Part shown: positions 50,604 to 59,859 of the stretch, in pieces
Numbering within the stretch: the first letter of the stretch is position 1
Layout: each line of letters begins with the position of its first letter
Source of the DNA: an uncultured virus (IMG/VR IMGVR_UViG_3300037504_000379)
Taxonomy: Duplodnaviria; Heunggongvirae; Uroviricota; Caudoviricetes; Crassvirales
DNA: 64,000 nt
Reading direction: 5' to 3' (one strand)
IMG/VR virus record: IMGVR_UViG_3300037504_000379
Made by a program: the position numbers and the translations under genes
The notes under the pieces: model-generated
What the model was told of the DNA's origin: nothing
What the model saw: only the letters and a program-made list of their open reading frames with translations
Databases searched by the model: none

Positions 50604-50853
50604 GATGAGTAATTTAATTTTACATACCGACCCACTATTGTTGATACTTATAATAGCATTGATTAATTCCATAATGGATAAAATACGGTTTCGGTATGAG
50701 CTAACGGTGTTTTCAAGGTTGGGAGCTGATTGGTGGTTTGATCCATCTGTAAGCTGGAAAAACAAACATAGGTAGAAGCCTACATGGTTATTTAAAACTG
50801 TACTTGTGTGGGTGACAGATCTATGGCATTTGTTACAATTTATAATAGAATGA
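50604..50853 (+). pseudogene. disrupted phage membrane-protein gene, 5' part
   Basis: MSNLIL...IMDKIRFRY...WWFDPSVSWKNKHR*KPTWLFKTVLVWVTDLWHLLQFI; in-frame TAG; a plausible C-terminal remnant WLFWGIVFEINYSIKF follows the IS at 52058. Confidence 0.55.
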
Positions 50854-52057
50854 AGCAAATACACAAGTCATATAAGTATCGAATTTACCCAACAAAGGAA
50901 CAAGAATCCTTGTTGAGTAAACACTTTGGGCATTGTAGATTTGTGTTTAATAGGTTCTTGAATGAACGTAAAGAGAAATATCTAAATGAAAAAACTTCTC
51001 TTAACTATTACGATAATGCAAGAACTTTAACCGAATTAAAAAAAGATGAAGAGTTTGTTTGGTTAAAAGAAGTTAATTCTCAATCATTACAAGCGTCAAT
51101 TAGGAATTTAGATATTGCATACAAAAACTTTTTTAACAAGCAAAATAAATTCCCAAGATTCAAATCAAAGTACGATAGACAGAGTTTTAAAGTACCACAA
51201 AACGTGTTAGTTGAAAATGGTAAACTTGTAATACCTAAATTCAAAGAAGGAATTAAGTTAAACCTTCACAGAGAAATGGAAGGTAGCCCTTTGTTTGCTA
51301 CCATATCTAAGTCAACAACTGGTAAATATTATGTTTCAATTACTTGTGAAGTTGAACATAAGTCATTTAAAAAGACTGGTAAATCGGTTGGGGTAGATAC
51401 TGGTATTAAAGAACTTGCTATACTTTCAGATGGGAGTAGTTATGAAAATATTAAATCACTTAAAACCAAATTAAAGAAACTCAAATACGAGCAAAGACAG
51501 CTTTCTAAAAAACAAAAAGGAAGTCAGTCAAGAAATAAACAGAAAATAAAACTTGCTTTAGTACACGAACAAATCACAAATATTAGAAAAGATTACCTAC
51601 ACAAAATATCAACTGAAATTGTCAAAAACCACGACATAATATCAGTTGAGGACTTGGCGGTTAAGAATATAATGAAAAATCATTGTTTAGCACAAGCAAT
51701 GAGTGATGTTTCGTTGGGTGCATTTTACACAATGCTTGAATATAAATCTAACTGGAATGATAGGCAATTTGTAAAAATTGATAGATTCTTTCCAAGTAGC
51801 AAGACCTGTTCAGGTTGTGGTTGGATAAAACAAGATTTAACTCTTTCAACGAGAGAATGGACTTGTGAATCTTGTGGTGAAATCCATGATAGAGATGTGA
51901 ATGCAGCAAAAAATATATTAAAGCAAGGTATAAACATATTGTCTGGTTGTGGGATGCAGTCGGACACCAAACAAAAACGGGATAAGGCGTTACCATTAGG
52001 TGAGTCTGCGACCCCCGAAGCCCAACCTATCGGCTCTGCCGTGGGTGGGTAGTTCAC
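50840..52057 (+). mobile_element. tnpB-only IS200/IS605 element
   Basis: tnpB followed by right end GAAGCCCAAC...GTGGGTGGGTAGTTCAC; no tnpA; left end not identifiable. Confidence 0.75.
50850..52052 (+). CDS. tnpB: RNA-guided nuclease TnpB (IS200/IS605 family)
   Basis: YKYRIYPT, GVDTG (RuvC-I), VEDL (RuvC-II), SSKTCSGCG/CESCG zinc finger, DRDVNAAKNI. Confidence 0.95.
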   Translation: MKQIHKSYKYRIYPTKEQESLLSKHFGHCRFVFNRFLNERKEKYLNEKTSLNYYDNARTLTELKKDEEFVWLKEVNSQSLQASIRNLDIAYKNFFNKQNKFPRFKSKYDRQSFKVPQNVLVENGKLVIPKFKEGIKLNLHREMEGSPLFATISKSTTGKYYVSITCEVEHKSFKKTGKSVGVDTGIKELAILSDGSSYENIKSLKTKLKKLKYEQRQLSKKQKGSQSRNKQKIKLALVHEQITNIRKDYLHKISTEIVKNHDIISVEDLAVKNIMKNHCLAQAMSDVSLGAFYTMLEYKSNWNDRQFVKIDRFFPSSKTCSGCGWIKQDLTLSTREWTCESCGEIHDRDVNAAKNILKQGINILSGCGMQSDTKQKRDKALPLGESATPEAQPIGSAVGG

Positions 52058-52151
52058 TGGCTGTTTTGGGGAATAGTGTTTGAAATAAATTATTCTATTA
52101 AATTTTAATTAATTATTTGTTTTTGTTATTAAATTTTCTTATTTTTGAAGT

Positions 52152-52349
52152 ATGGATGTTATATGGATAGATGAGCATTTAAAAGATGTCCGCAAAGAAT
52201 ATAAGGAAACATATGGGCTTTATATGGAGGCTGAAAGGTATGAAGACAGGCAAAGCCTCTACATTGATCTTTTACGCATAAGAGACTATTATAATCGTTT
52301 TAAACTATCCCTATATAAGAACAATTTTAAATTTTACCATTTAAATTAA
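52152..52349 (+). CDS. hypothetical protein
   Basis: 65-aa ORF after TATTTTTG motif. Confidence 0.6.
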   Translation: MDVIWIDEHLKDVRKEYKETYGLYMEAERYEDRQSLYIDLLRIRDYYNRFKLSLYKNNFKFYHLN

Positions 52350-52355
52350 TTAATT

Positions 52356-52931
52356 ATGCCACACAAAAAACAACACATCACCTCAGACTTTATGTCTTGG
52401 GAAGAAAGTAAACGAGTTATTAACTTGCTTTATCGGGACGAAGATTATTGGTATTGTCTTCTTTTTACTATCGCCACACATTTTGGGCTTCGCATTAGTG
52501 ATGTCAAAAAATTAACTTGGGATGATCTTATTCGCAAAGAGAAAGTAGTGCTTAATGAGAAGAAAACTGGTAAGAAGAAGATTATTGAGACACCGGAAAA
52601 CATTAAAGATTTTGTACTCACCCTTTATGGAAAAATAAAACCAAAGGGTAAATATATTGTCAGTGTTAAACACACGCAGACAATAAATCAAAAGCTAAAG
52701 AGACTTAAAGAGAAGTATAACATAGACATAGGTAATTTTTCTACCCACACATTTCGCAAGACGTTTGGAAGGCATTATTGGGAGAAGAATGGCAGGAGTG
52801 AATACGCCCTGTTTATGCTTATGCAACTTTTTAATCACAGTAGCTTGGATACAACCAAGGTGTACCTTGGAATCAGGCAGGATGAATTTAATCAGATATA
52901 TAGTAATATAGCAGAAGAGGCAATTGTATGA
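52356..52931 (+). CDS. tyrosine recombinase (catalytic domain only)
   Basis: GLRISD, EKKTGK, HTFRK, FNHSS, TKVYLG = R-K-HxxR-H-Y. Confidence 0.92.
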   Translation: MPHKKQHITSDFMSWEESKRVINLLYRDEDYWYCLLFTIATHFGLRISDVKKLTWDDLIRKEKVVLNEKKTGKKKIIETPENIKDFVLTLYGKIKPKGKYIVSVKHTQTINQKLKRLKEKYNIDIGNFSTHTFRKTFGRHYWEKNGRSEYALFMLMQLFNHSSLDTTKVYLGIRQDEFNQIYSNIAEEAIV

Positions 52932-53332
52932 AAGGAATTATTAAGCAGAACATTCGTTTAGCACCGACAAGGTTTTTTCTTGACGTGGTGCTTGGAGATT
53001 ACGAGTTTTTTAAGGAAGTGCTGAAGAGTGATAAATATTATGAAGAAGGGGCTTTCGACTTTGAGGAAGTAGAGATAAGTAAAAGTAGTGAAGGAGCTAT
53101 TTGGACTTTAATAGATAAGGTGAGCGAGGAAGATGACAAAAACGATGTTACCAAGTTTCTGATGTGGGTAAAGGATAAGGATGACGTTATCACTATAAGT
53201 CATGAGGCAATACATATAACGTGGGAGATAAATCGTTATACGAATATTAGGATAGCTGAAGATGCGCAGGAGTTTCAGTGTTATATGCATGATTATATTA
53301 TGGAACAAGTGCTTAGTTTGTCTAAGGGCTAA
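52928..53332 (+). CDS. hypothetical protein with HExxH motif
   Basis: ISHEAIH...QEFQCY. Confidence 0.65.
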   Translation: MKGIIKQNIRLAPTRFFLDVVLGDYEFFKEVLKSDKYYEEGAFDFEEVEISKSSEGAIWTLIDKVSEEDDKNDVTKFLMWVKDKDDVITISHEAIHITWEINRYTNIRIAEDAQEFQCYMHDYIMEQVLSLSKG

Positions 53333-53776
53333 CGGAAAGCTATATGCGCCTGTTTTAATGGCGTATATAGCATGTTGGCGCAAGTACGGTTTTATAAACA
53401 AAAAAATATTGATATGAAAAAAATAAATCAAAAAAAATTAAGCCGCAATGCCTATAAATATAATAGGCGTAAGTTTAAAAAAACAACAAAAAACTTTATT
53501 AAGGAATTAAAGAAACATTTGAAAAAGAGAAGTAAAAACGGTGATACTTCCTTTAGTGCCGAAATTGATGCTGATAAAATTTATGCAGAATCATACATGT
53601 TAGCTGTTAGATGGTTAAAACGTTATACAGATTTAGATATTACAATCTATGAAAATTCTGATGTAAATGTTCATGGAAAAAAATATGTAAATAGTATGAA
53701 CGTACACATATATTGGTAGTATTTGCGCCTAACGTTGGTATAAAATGCGTTTTAATGCATTTTATAGTATGTTAGC
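53328..53776 (+). mobile_element. hairpin-bounded gene cassette, locus F
   Basis: GCTAAC-GGAAA-GCTATATGCGCC/GGCGTATATAGC-AT-GTTGGCGCAAGTAC [ORF] GTATTTGCGCCTAAC, short CGTTTTAATG hairpin, GTTAGC. Confidence 0.85.
53414..53719 (+). CDS. cassette cargo, basic hypothetical protein
   Basis: MKKINQKKLSRNAYKY...; the upstream ATG in the ORF track is part of the repeat. Confidence 0.7.
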   Translation: MKKINQKKLSRNAYKYNRRKFKKTTKNFIKELKKHLKKRSKNGDTSFSAEIDADKIYAESYMLAVRWLKRYTDLDITIYENSDVNVHGKKYVNSMNVHIYW

Positions 53777-53841
53777 ATTATTTAATTTCCTTTACATAAC
53801 AAAGCTGCTTGGTTAAGAAAATGATAAAAAACTTAAATAAG

Positions 53842-54111
53842 ATGAATAAACATTTAGAACACATCCTTAAAACAATGTGTATGTATGCCAGTGTTGATTT
53901 TAATAAACTGGACGTAAGTGAACACTTGTGGCAGGATAAGCACGTGTGGAGCAGTAAGACACAAGATGAGTTTAAAAAATGGTTTGAAGGTTATATGTCC
54001 TCAAATAAGGAAGCCAGAAAAGACCTTATGAGAATTCCTACAACAAATAAGAAAATGATTCGTAGATTTGTAGAACAGTTTGTATTTAATTATGGATTTA
54101 AAGCGGAGTAG
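53842..54111 (+). CDS. hypothetical protein
   Basis: MNKHLEHILKTMC...; start uncertain. Confidence 0.6.
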   Translation: MNKHLEHILKTMCMYASVDFNKLDVSEHLWQDKHVWSSKTQDEFKKWFEGYMSSNKEARKDLMRIPTTNKKMIRRFVEQFVFNYGFKAE

Positions 54112-54113
54112 TT

Positions 54114-54230
54114 ATGCCTAAGAAATTAAAGAGAAAGCTTAAGAAACAAGCAAAGAAGAAGTTTGGGACAGCAAAGTCAAAGAGAGCTAAGCGTTACATT
54201 TATGGGACGCTAAACAAGAAAAAGAAATAA
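54114..54230 (+). CDS. highly basic 38-aa peptide
   Basis: MPKKLKRKLKKQAKKKFGTAKSKRAKRYIYGTLNKKKK; fills the gap between neighbours. Confidence 0.55.
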   Translation: MPKKLKRKLKKQAKKKFGTAKSKRAKRYIYGTLNKKKK

Positions 54231-54233
54231 ACT

Positions 54234-54512
54234 ATGTCAGGGTTAGGAGATTATCCTCCAGGGGCAGAAAATGATCCTCGCGCTCCCTGGAATCAGCATG
54301 ACGAAGAAGAAGAGTGTAGCGAGTGTGGCAAGCCAGCCATGTACGTTCAATCTTTGTGGAGTGAAACACCTCTTGGTACACCAATAGAATATAATTATTA
54401 TTATTGCGATGAGCATTTCCATCAGGCCTTTGAGAACTATCTTGAAGACGTAGAGGGTTATGTGTGTACAGAAGAAGATTTTATGCAAGAAGAAAATATT
54501 GAGTTGTTGTAA
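54234..54512 (+). CDS. hypothetical phage protein
   Basis: YPPGAENDPRAPWNQ motif plus CxxC. Confidence 0.7.
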   Translation: MSGLGDYPPGAENDPRAPWNQHDEEEECSECGKPAMYVQSLWSETPLGTPIEYNYYYCDEHFHQAFENYLEDVEGYVCTEEDFMQEENIELL

Positions 54513-54588
54513 AGTTTTAAGGTTTTCTTTTGTTTAAACCGATTTAAATTTGTATATTGTCCTTAAAATTAGAAAGTGATGAATTTAA

Positions 54589-54996
54589 ATGTTAAAAGCA
54601 ATAGATGTGAAAATAACAGAACAGACAAAGATTAAAGATTTAATACCGGAAGGTATGTCCTTAAAAGATTGTGAATCTACCGAATGGAGTATTCATATTG
54701 ATTTTAAGCCCAAAGAGAAAACGTTTGAGGATTACGAGAAGGATTATTATAGAGATCGTCTTCCTAAAGAAGCAGAAGATCTTCTCATGCTTAATGTTGA
54801 TGCTGAAGATTTGAATATAGAAAATAGGCTTGGGTTGCTTTGGTATATTGTAAAAGATAAAGGAGGAACCCTTGAGGATTTATCAGATTTATTATTTCGT
54901 ATAGCACAACCAAATGAAATGAGTGAACCGGATATATCTAGTAGAGTATGGAAATTACTTCCACAATCATTTATTGAATCATTTAAGGAGGAATAG
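54589..54996 (+). CDS. hypothetical protein
   Basis: 135-aa ORF. Confidence 0.65.
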   Translation: MLKAIDVKITEQTKIKDLIPEGMSLKDCESTEWSIHIDFKPKEKTFEDYEKDYYRDRLPKEAEDLLMLNVDAEDLNIENRLGLLWYIVKDKGGTLEDLSDLLFRIAQPNEMSEPDISSRVWKLLPQSFIESFKEE

Positions 54997-54999
54997 ATT

Positions 55000-55167
55000 A
55001 TGAAAGATATGGAGAAGCATAATGCCTACGTGTGTCCCCAATGTAGAGAGCCTTTGGTTGGAAGAATTTCTGTATTGGGAGATTACTTGTATTGTCGTAA
55101 ATGTAAAAACCTTTTTACTCTTGAATACATACAATCGTATTGGGGGTTTGATTCTTTGGGGACATAA
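55000..55167 (+). CDS. small zinc-ribbon protein (55 aa)
   Basis: Hand-translated MKDMEKHNAYVCPQCREPL...YCRKCKNLF. Confidence 0.55.
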   Translation: MKDMEKHNAYVCPQCREPLVGRISVLGDYLYCRKCKNLFTLEYIQSYWGFDSLGT

Positions 55168-55948
55168 CCATCACATACCCGTCAAATTTCAATTAAAATA
55201 CAAAAGAAGGGGTAATACACCAGAAAATAAAATAAAGGCTTTAAAATGGATAATTATGGTTAAAAAGAAAATATCAATATGGGGTAATCCACATCTTATT
55301 AAAGATCACATAAAGGAGCTTAGGAGATTTATTCGTGAACAAAAAGACCTTGATCCTGAGTTTAATGAGATAATTAACGAACTTATATGGGAGCTTGTAG
55401 ATAATAAACCTCAGAAAAAGAGATTTGATGATGAAGGTAGATAAGATTTTTTTGTGATAAAATTAAATAGAAAGACATGAAATATTTCTTATGGTTTGTG
55501 TATAGTGTAGCGTATTATGTGTTGTTGGGGCTGTATAAAATATTTAGGCTTATTCCTTTGAGGAAACAAAAATCTGGCAGCAAATAATATTTAGTGCCGT
55601 AAATTAGTAAGACGATTATTAATAATATTCAATGCAAAAGATAAGGCAAATAACCCCTCTTAGAGCTTTATATTTTAACTTAAACAGCTTTCGAGGGGTT
55701 TACTACTTGCGGAATATTTTAAAGCCTAAAATGGAAGAATATGAATGTACATACTAATAGATAAAAACAATCATTATGGGTGGCTTAAGAGTAAATATTA
55801 GAATAGGATTGTACCACTTACAGGTACATTGGAACTGGAAGGTTGAGATAAAAAGGAATAATATGCATATAGGACTACCTTACGGGTGGTTTAGTGTGTA
55901 TGAGTTTAAACCTTTTAAAAAGTTTTGATTGTATTTTAAGGTAGGTTC

Positions 55949-56479
55949 ATGGATAAGAAAGTCTGTATATATGCCCTTGTATCATCATATGATTGCTATG
56001 TTCAATATATCGGCAAAAGTATTAATCCAATACAAAGATTAAATACACATATTGCCAATGCAAAATACAATCGAAAAAATAAGTATTTGTCTTTATGGAT
56101 AAATGATGTATTGCGTCAAGATCAGCAGATTCATATTATAGTTATTGAGGTGTGCAATGAGGATCAATGGAAAAATAAAGAAAGAAAATGGATAAAATAT
56201 TTTGGTTTAAACAATTTGCTTAATATTGATGAGGGAGGTGACGCTTGGCTAGAACAGGGACTATCAAAAAGACATGAGCATAAAAACAAATCATCTGAAG
56301 AATTTTTATTAATATTATACGATAAAATAAACGACCGATATTATACTGCCAACAAATATGCTCCACTGGCACGTATTGTAGGAGTAGACAGGAGAACCAT
56401 GAAAGCATGGCACGAAGATGGTGTTAAAGGCAAATATAAGAAGCAATATCATTTATTAGAAGGAGAATATGTTAAATAA
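55949..56479 (+). CDS. GIY-YIG endonuclease with C-terminal HTH
   Basis: CIYAL...YIGKS.NP..R...H, E..WI, LLN...GG. Confidence 0.8.
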   Translation: MDKKVCIYALVSSYDCYVQYIGKSINPIQRLNTHIANAKYNRKNKYLSLWINDVLRQDQQIHIIVIEVCNEDQWKNKERKWIKYFGLNNLLNIDEGGDAWLEQGLSKRHEHKNKSSEEFLLILYDKINDRYYTANKYAPLARIVGVDRRTMKAWHEDGVKGKYKKQYHLLEGEYVK

Positions 56480-56494
56480 TCCACAAAGAAAGGA

Positions 56495-56773
56495 ATGGTT
56501 ATGACAAAGTATAGGAAGAAACCAGTAGTAATAGAAGCTAAGCAGATAAAGCCGGGAACAGAAGAAGATATTAAAAGGTGGTCTAATGGAAAGGTTTATG
56601 CCTCTCCTGTATTAGAACCGACAGAAAATAATCCGTCAGGAGTATATTGGCAAATTAATACTTTAGAAGGAGTAATGACTGCTACTATAGGTGATTATAT
56701 TATTAAAGGCGTAAACGGGGAATTTTATCCTTGTAAACCAGATATATTTCATAAAACATATGAGAGAGTTTAG
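56495..56773 (+). CDS. conserved phage protein (YRKKPV...TLEG...GDYII family)
   Basis: YRKKPVVIEA, INTLEG, GDYIIKGVNGEFYPCKPDIF. Confidence 0.8.
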   Translation: MVMTKYRKKPVVIEAKQIKPGTEEDIKRWSNGKVYASPVLEPTENNPSGVYWQINTLEGVMTATIGDYIIKGVNGEFYPCKPDIFHKTYERV

Positions 56774-57190
56774 TTTGTGGATGTTTTTCTATATATGGGC
56801 TTAATTATACTATTCAGGGGGTGTGTTCGTGCGCCTGAATCGTCAATCCGCAACCCCGCCCCCGTCTTTATTTTGAACTTTTATAGTATCTTTTTAATTT
56901 TTTGTATATTTGTAAAGCAATCAGACAAATAAAGTACAAACTATAAACTAGCCAGGAGGACAAAATTATGACTCAGACAAAGAAACCAGGACAAATTGAT
57001 AGCCTTAAAACCTGCATGGCTAGGGCTGATAGTGCTAACATACTTCAAAAACTGGATAAATGAAGTATGAGTATAATCAGACAAACAAAGAGTGTGTAAT
57101 TTCTCACACTTTTATATATTTCTCTGCATTTGAAATAAATAATAGTGTTCCATTTTGAAACAATATTAAAACCTACTAAATCAAACTATC

Positions 57191-57646
57191 TTGCCAGTAC
57201 AACCAATAAGATTATATGAGCGTCTGTTTATATCCCTTCCGTTTGCCCTGGATAAGCTTTCTAATAATCATAATATCAATCAAACAAAACTTATTATATT
57301 AATGTGTATTAATAACGCTTACAGGGCTAACAGCAAGATAAAACGCAAAGATATTATTCAAGTCTTACAGATTGATGCTATATATACTAGTAAAATGTTA
57401 GTGCAATTAAAGAAAGATGGTTATATTATACAGACGAATACTTATCTTTTAACAGGCAAAGGGACAAGACTTTTAAATACGTTCTCTGTTCTTACCAGTA
57501 ATTATTTAACCAGGTTAGAAAAGAATTCTATTTATTCCTTTGCGGATTATGCTAGTAAAAATACAAGAGTTAATTCATACAAGTATAAAAAGAAGAAAGG
57601 GATAATAAAAGAGCCTGAAAAGAGTAAATATAATAAGTTGTTGTAA
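57191..57646 (+). CDS. MarR-like winged-helix protein
   Basis: L.QLKKDGYI...YLLTGKG; start uncertain. Confidence 0.55.
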   Translation: MPVQPIRLYERLFISLPFALDKLSNNHNINQTKLIILMCINNAYRANSKIKRKDIIQVLQIDAIYTSKMLVQLKKDGYIIQTNTYLLTGKGTRLLNTFSVLTSNYLTRLEKNSIYSFADYASKNTRVNSYKYKKKKGIIKEPEKSKYNKLL

Positions 57647-57829
57647 TATATATAGTGTTGTTTGTCCACAAAGAATAAAACCACCGGAATTTAATTGCCT
57701 TCCAAAACCCTTACTAATCCTACAAAACTAAAATTAATTGTAAATTTTTTGGTCTAAAACTTGACTAGTGTTATTTTTTTTACGTACTTTGTAAACAAGT
57801 TCAAACGTAAAATTTAAAATTTATCAATT

Positions 57830-58033
57830 ATGAATTATCAATATCAAGTTATGCTGTTCAATGCGAACGAGTACAATAAAAGTTTAGATTGTTTAAGTAT
57901 TGATACTTATTACACAAACAAAAAAGATGAAGCAATTCAAACAGCAAAAACAGAGTGTAAAAAGCATAATTATGTAGCTGTTATCAGTGACTTAAAAAAT
58001 AGAACGAAAAAGAATATTGTCATAAACCATTAA
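57830..58033 (+). CDS. small hypothetical protein
   Basis: ORF with AT-rich leader. Confidence 0.6.
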   Translation: MNYQYQVMLFNANEYNKSLDCLSIDTYYTNKKDEAIQTAKTECKKHNYVAVISDLKNRTKKNIVINH

Positions 58034-58044
58034 AATTTAAAGTT

Positions 58045-58263
58045 ATGAATTATCACAAAAAAGAACTAAACAAAGTTGATCCGTTGAATTCAGAGTATGC
58101 GCCTACCTTTAAGGTGATGAACGAAAACGGAGAGTCAAAATGGATAGACTTAAAAACTGAAAGTGCAAAAGAACTGATTGTCTGGCTAGCTGAGAACTAT
58201 TATGAGGCTTATGTATTAGCAAAAGATTATATTGAATCAGATAATTTTGAGTTAAATGTATAA
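58045..58263 (+). CDS. small hypothetical protein
   Basis: ORF with AT-rich leader. Confidence 0.65.
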   Translation: MNYHKKELNKVDPLNSEYAPTFKVMNENGESKWIDLKTESAKELIVWLAENYYEAYVLAKDYIESDNFELNV

Positions 58264-58459
58264 CCTCTATTCAACTGAAACAACAAAGGATGTTAAACGT
58301 ATAATGTTTAACGTTGCTGAGGCAGAATACCGGACTAAACTTGTTCTTTTAAAATATAGAATTGAGCCGGATAAATTTAAACGAGCTGCTTCTCTTTTGT
58401 GGAGACTTGTATTAAATTATTATAGTCCGCAAAAGGTAAAACCAACGAATTTATTTTAA
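58256..58459 (+). CDS. small hypothetical protein (paralog at 59887-60042)
   Basis: Lies within the 214-bp duplication. Confidence 0.6.
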   Translation: MYNLYSTETTKDVKRIMFNVAEAEYRTKLVLLKYRIEPDKFKRAASLLWRLVLNYYSPQKVKPTNLF

Positions 58460-58490
58460 ACACTTAAAACCCATTATTATGAAAACACAA
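58277..58490 (+). repeat. 214-bp imperfect direct repeat, copy 1
   Basis: Matches 59860-60073; the 3' ~70 bp are identical. Confidence 0.9.
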
Positions 58491-58634
58491 ACAATTAAAA
58501 AAGACTTAGTAATTTACAAAATAGTAGCCTTTGCGCTTATTGTTGCGGCTACTACGTTTTTAATGATTGCCTTTTAAACCATTCTAAACGGGGGTTCGAT
58601 TCCTCCGTATGGTTCTAACCAAAAACCAACGCTT

Positions 58635-58856
58635 ATGGATTACATTTATAAAAACAAGCCTAGAAAATCAAATAAGTTTGGAGCGATGAGTTTATATTAT
58701 GACGGTATTTATTATTTCCCTTCTGATATAAAAGAATCTGACAAACGAAAAGACAAGCCTTTTGAAATACAAGGCGTTTATTATAGAGGTAAATGGTATC
58801 AAGATACTTTTTATATAACAAATGAATTTAGGGAGTTTCTTTTAAATGCCCTATAA
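58635..58856 (+). CDS. hypothetical protein
   Basis: 73-aa ORF whose TAA is part of CTATAACGG. Confidence 0.65.
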   Translation: MDYIYKNKPRKSNKFGAMSLYYDGIYYFPSDIKESDKRKDKPFEIQGVYYRGKWYQDTFYITNEFREFLLNAL

Positions 58857-58974
58857 CGGGCGAGTGTATGGCAATGTAAGCCACGCACTAAACTTTGAAT
58901 TGAAACAATAACCTAACTGGCTTATTTGCTATACACATTGTTAGCAACTGGGCGGTTTTAAAAACGAAAATATT

Positions 58975-59268
58975 ATGATGTACGCAAGTAAAATAGAAGT
59001 AAAGTATGAGCCACAAAAAGTCAGATATCAACGAGAAGTAGAGCTACCCGATAGACTACTTACACTTGAAGATATAGGTAAGCACCTAAAGGAAGGTGAA
59101 AAGTTTGTATTCTTCCAACGTGAAGAGGGTGGGCTTGGACTACCTGTTGATTACATAAGCATACATGGTTACAGGCTTGAAACTGATGAGGAAGTAAAAG
59201 CAAGGGTAGCGAAAGCAGAAAAGTATAACGAAAACTACGAGAAGTTTCATGCGAAGTACAGAAAGTAG
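58975..59268 (+). CDS. cassette cargo, hypothetical protein
   Basis: 97 aa; YRLETDEE motif. Confidence 0.7.
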   Translation: MMYASKIEVKYEPQKVRYQREVELPDRLLTLEDIGKHLKEGEKFVFFQREEGGLGLPVDYISIHGYRLETDEEVKARVAKAEKYNENYEKFHAKYRK

Positions 59269-59383
59269 CCTTGTTGCTAACGGCACACAGCTATGAGTAG
59301 TGCGGGAATTACAGCACTGACTTTGATACGAGTATTAACCGCTCCCGCTTCTTTTTTAAGCGTGGGCATAAATATAAATAAAG

Positions 59384-59716
59384 ATGAAAAAACAGATTAC
59401 AGTAAAAGAAAGAAACAGTTGGGAAGGCGAAACATTTAATTATGTAATATATGTTATTCCCGAAGAAGAAAACCAAATTCGTGAAAAATGCGAGAAATAT
59501 GGCGATGGTAGTTTAACGGTGCAAGAAACCAACTACACCGATGAAGAAATAAAAAAGATGAATGCAGCATCCAGCAACTTATATATGGACTTTATAGCAC
59601 CGTATGAATTAAAGGGAAACGCACTAAAAAAATGGGAAGAATTTGGTGATTGCTTTTACAAAGGTGTTGGTTTAACAAAATTAAAAGCGTTGGAAGAAAA
59701 AGAAGCACAGCACTAA
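59384..59716 (+). CDS. cassette cargo in hairpin loop, hypothetical protein
   Basis: 110-aa ORF. Confidence 0.7.
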   Translation: MKKQITVKERNSWEGETFNYVIYVIPEEENQIREKCEKYGDGSLTVQETNYTDEEIKKMNAASSNLYMDFIAPYELKGNALKKWEEFGDCFYKGVGLTKLKALEEKEAQH

Positions 59717-59859
59717 CCTTACTACGAGCTACGACACCCGCATTACTCATAGCTGGTGTTGTAGCATCGTTTTAATGTACTACAACATATGAATAAAGAA
59801 AGGTGTTTTTAAAATTGCGGTAAAATGAAACAGAAAATTATTGACAGAATAGAAGAAAC

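Larger units (their letters stand above)
58851..59786 (+). mobile_element. cassette array, locus G (two cargo genes plus empty cassette)
   Basis: CTATAACGG hairpin, GTTAGCAAC [ORF] GTTGCTAAC, CAGCTATGAGTAGTGCGGG [ORF] CCCGCATTACTCATAGCTG, GTTGTAG..TCGTTTTAATG..CTACAAC; closing hairpin missing. Confidence 0.8.

Noticed and set aside
50696..50707. ATGAGCTAACGG matching the cassette left end
   Set aside because: No inverted arms or closing GTTAGC follow; it lies in-frame within the pseudogene, so probably chance.
50772..50775. In-frame TAG suggesting amber recoding as in some crAss-like phages
   Set aside because: All large genes are open in the standard code, several end in TAG, and no suppressor tRNA is seen; better explained as pseudogene decay.
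55022..55444. 140-aa ORF in the track
   Set aside because: Its N-terminal part overlaps a better zinc-ribbon ORF (55000-55167); only the part from about 55256 looks coding.
56815..57190. GC-rich patch as genome terminus or packaging site
   Set aside because: Plausible from its position before the small early-type genes, but no terminal repeat is visible within the window.
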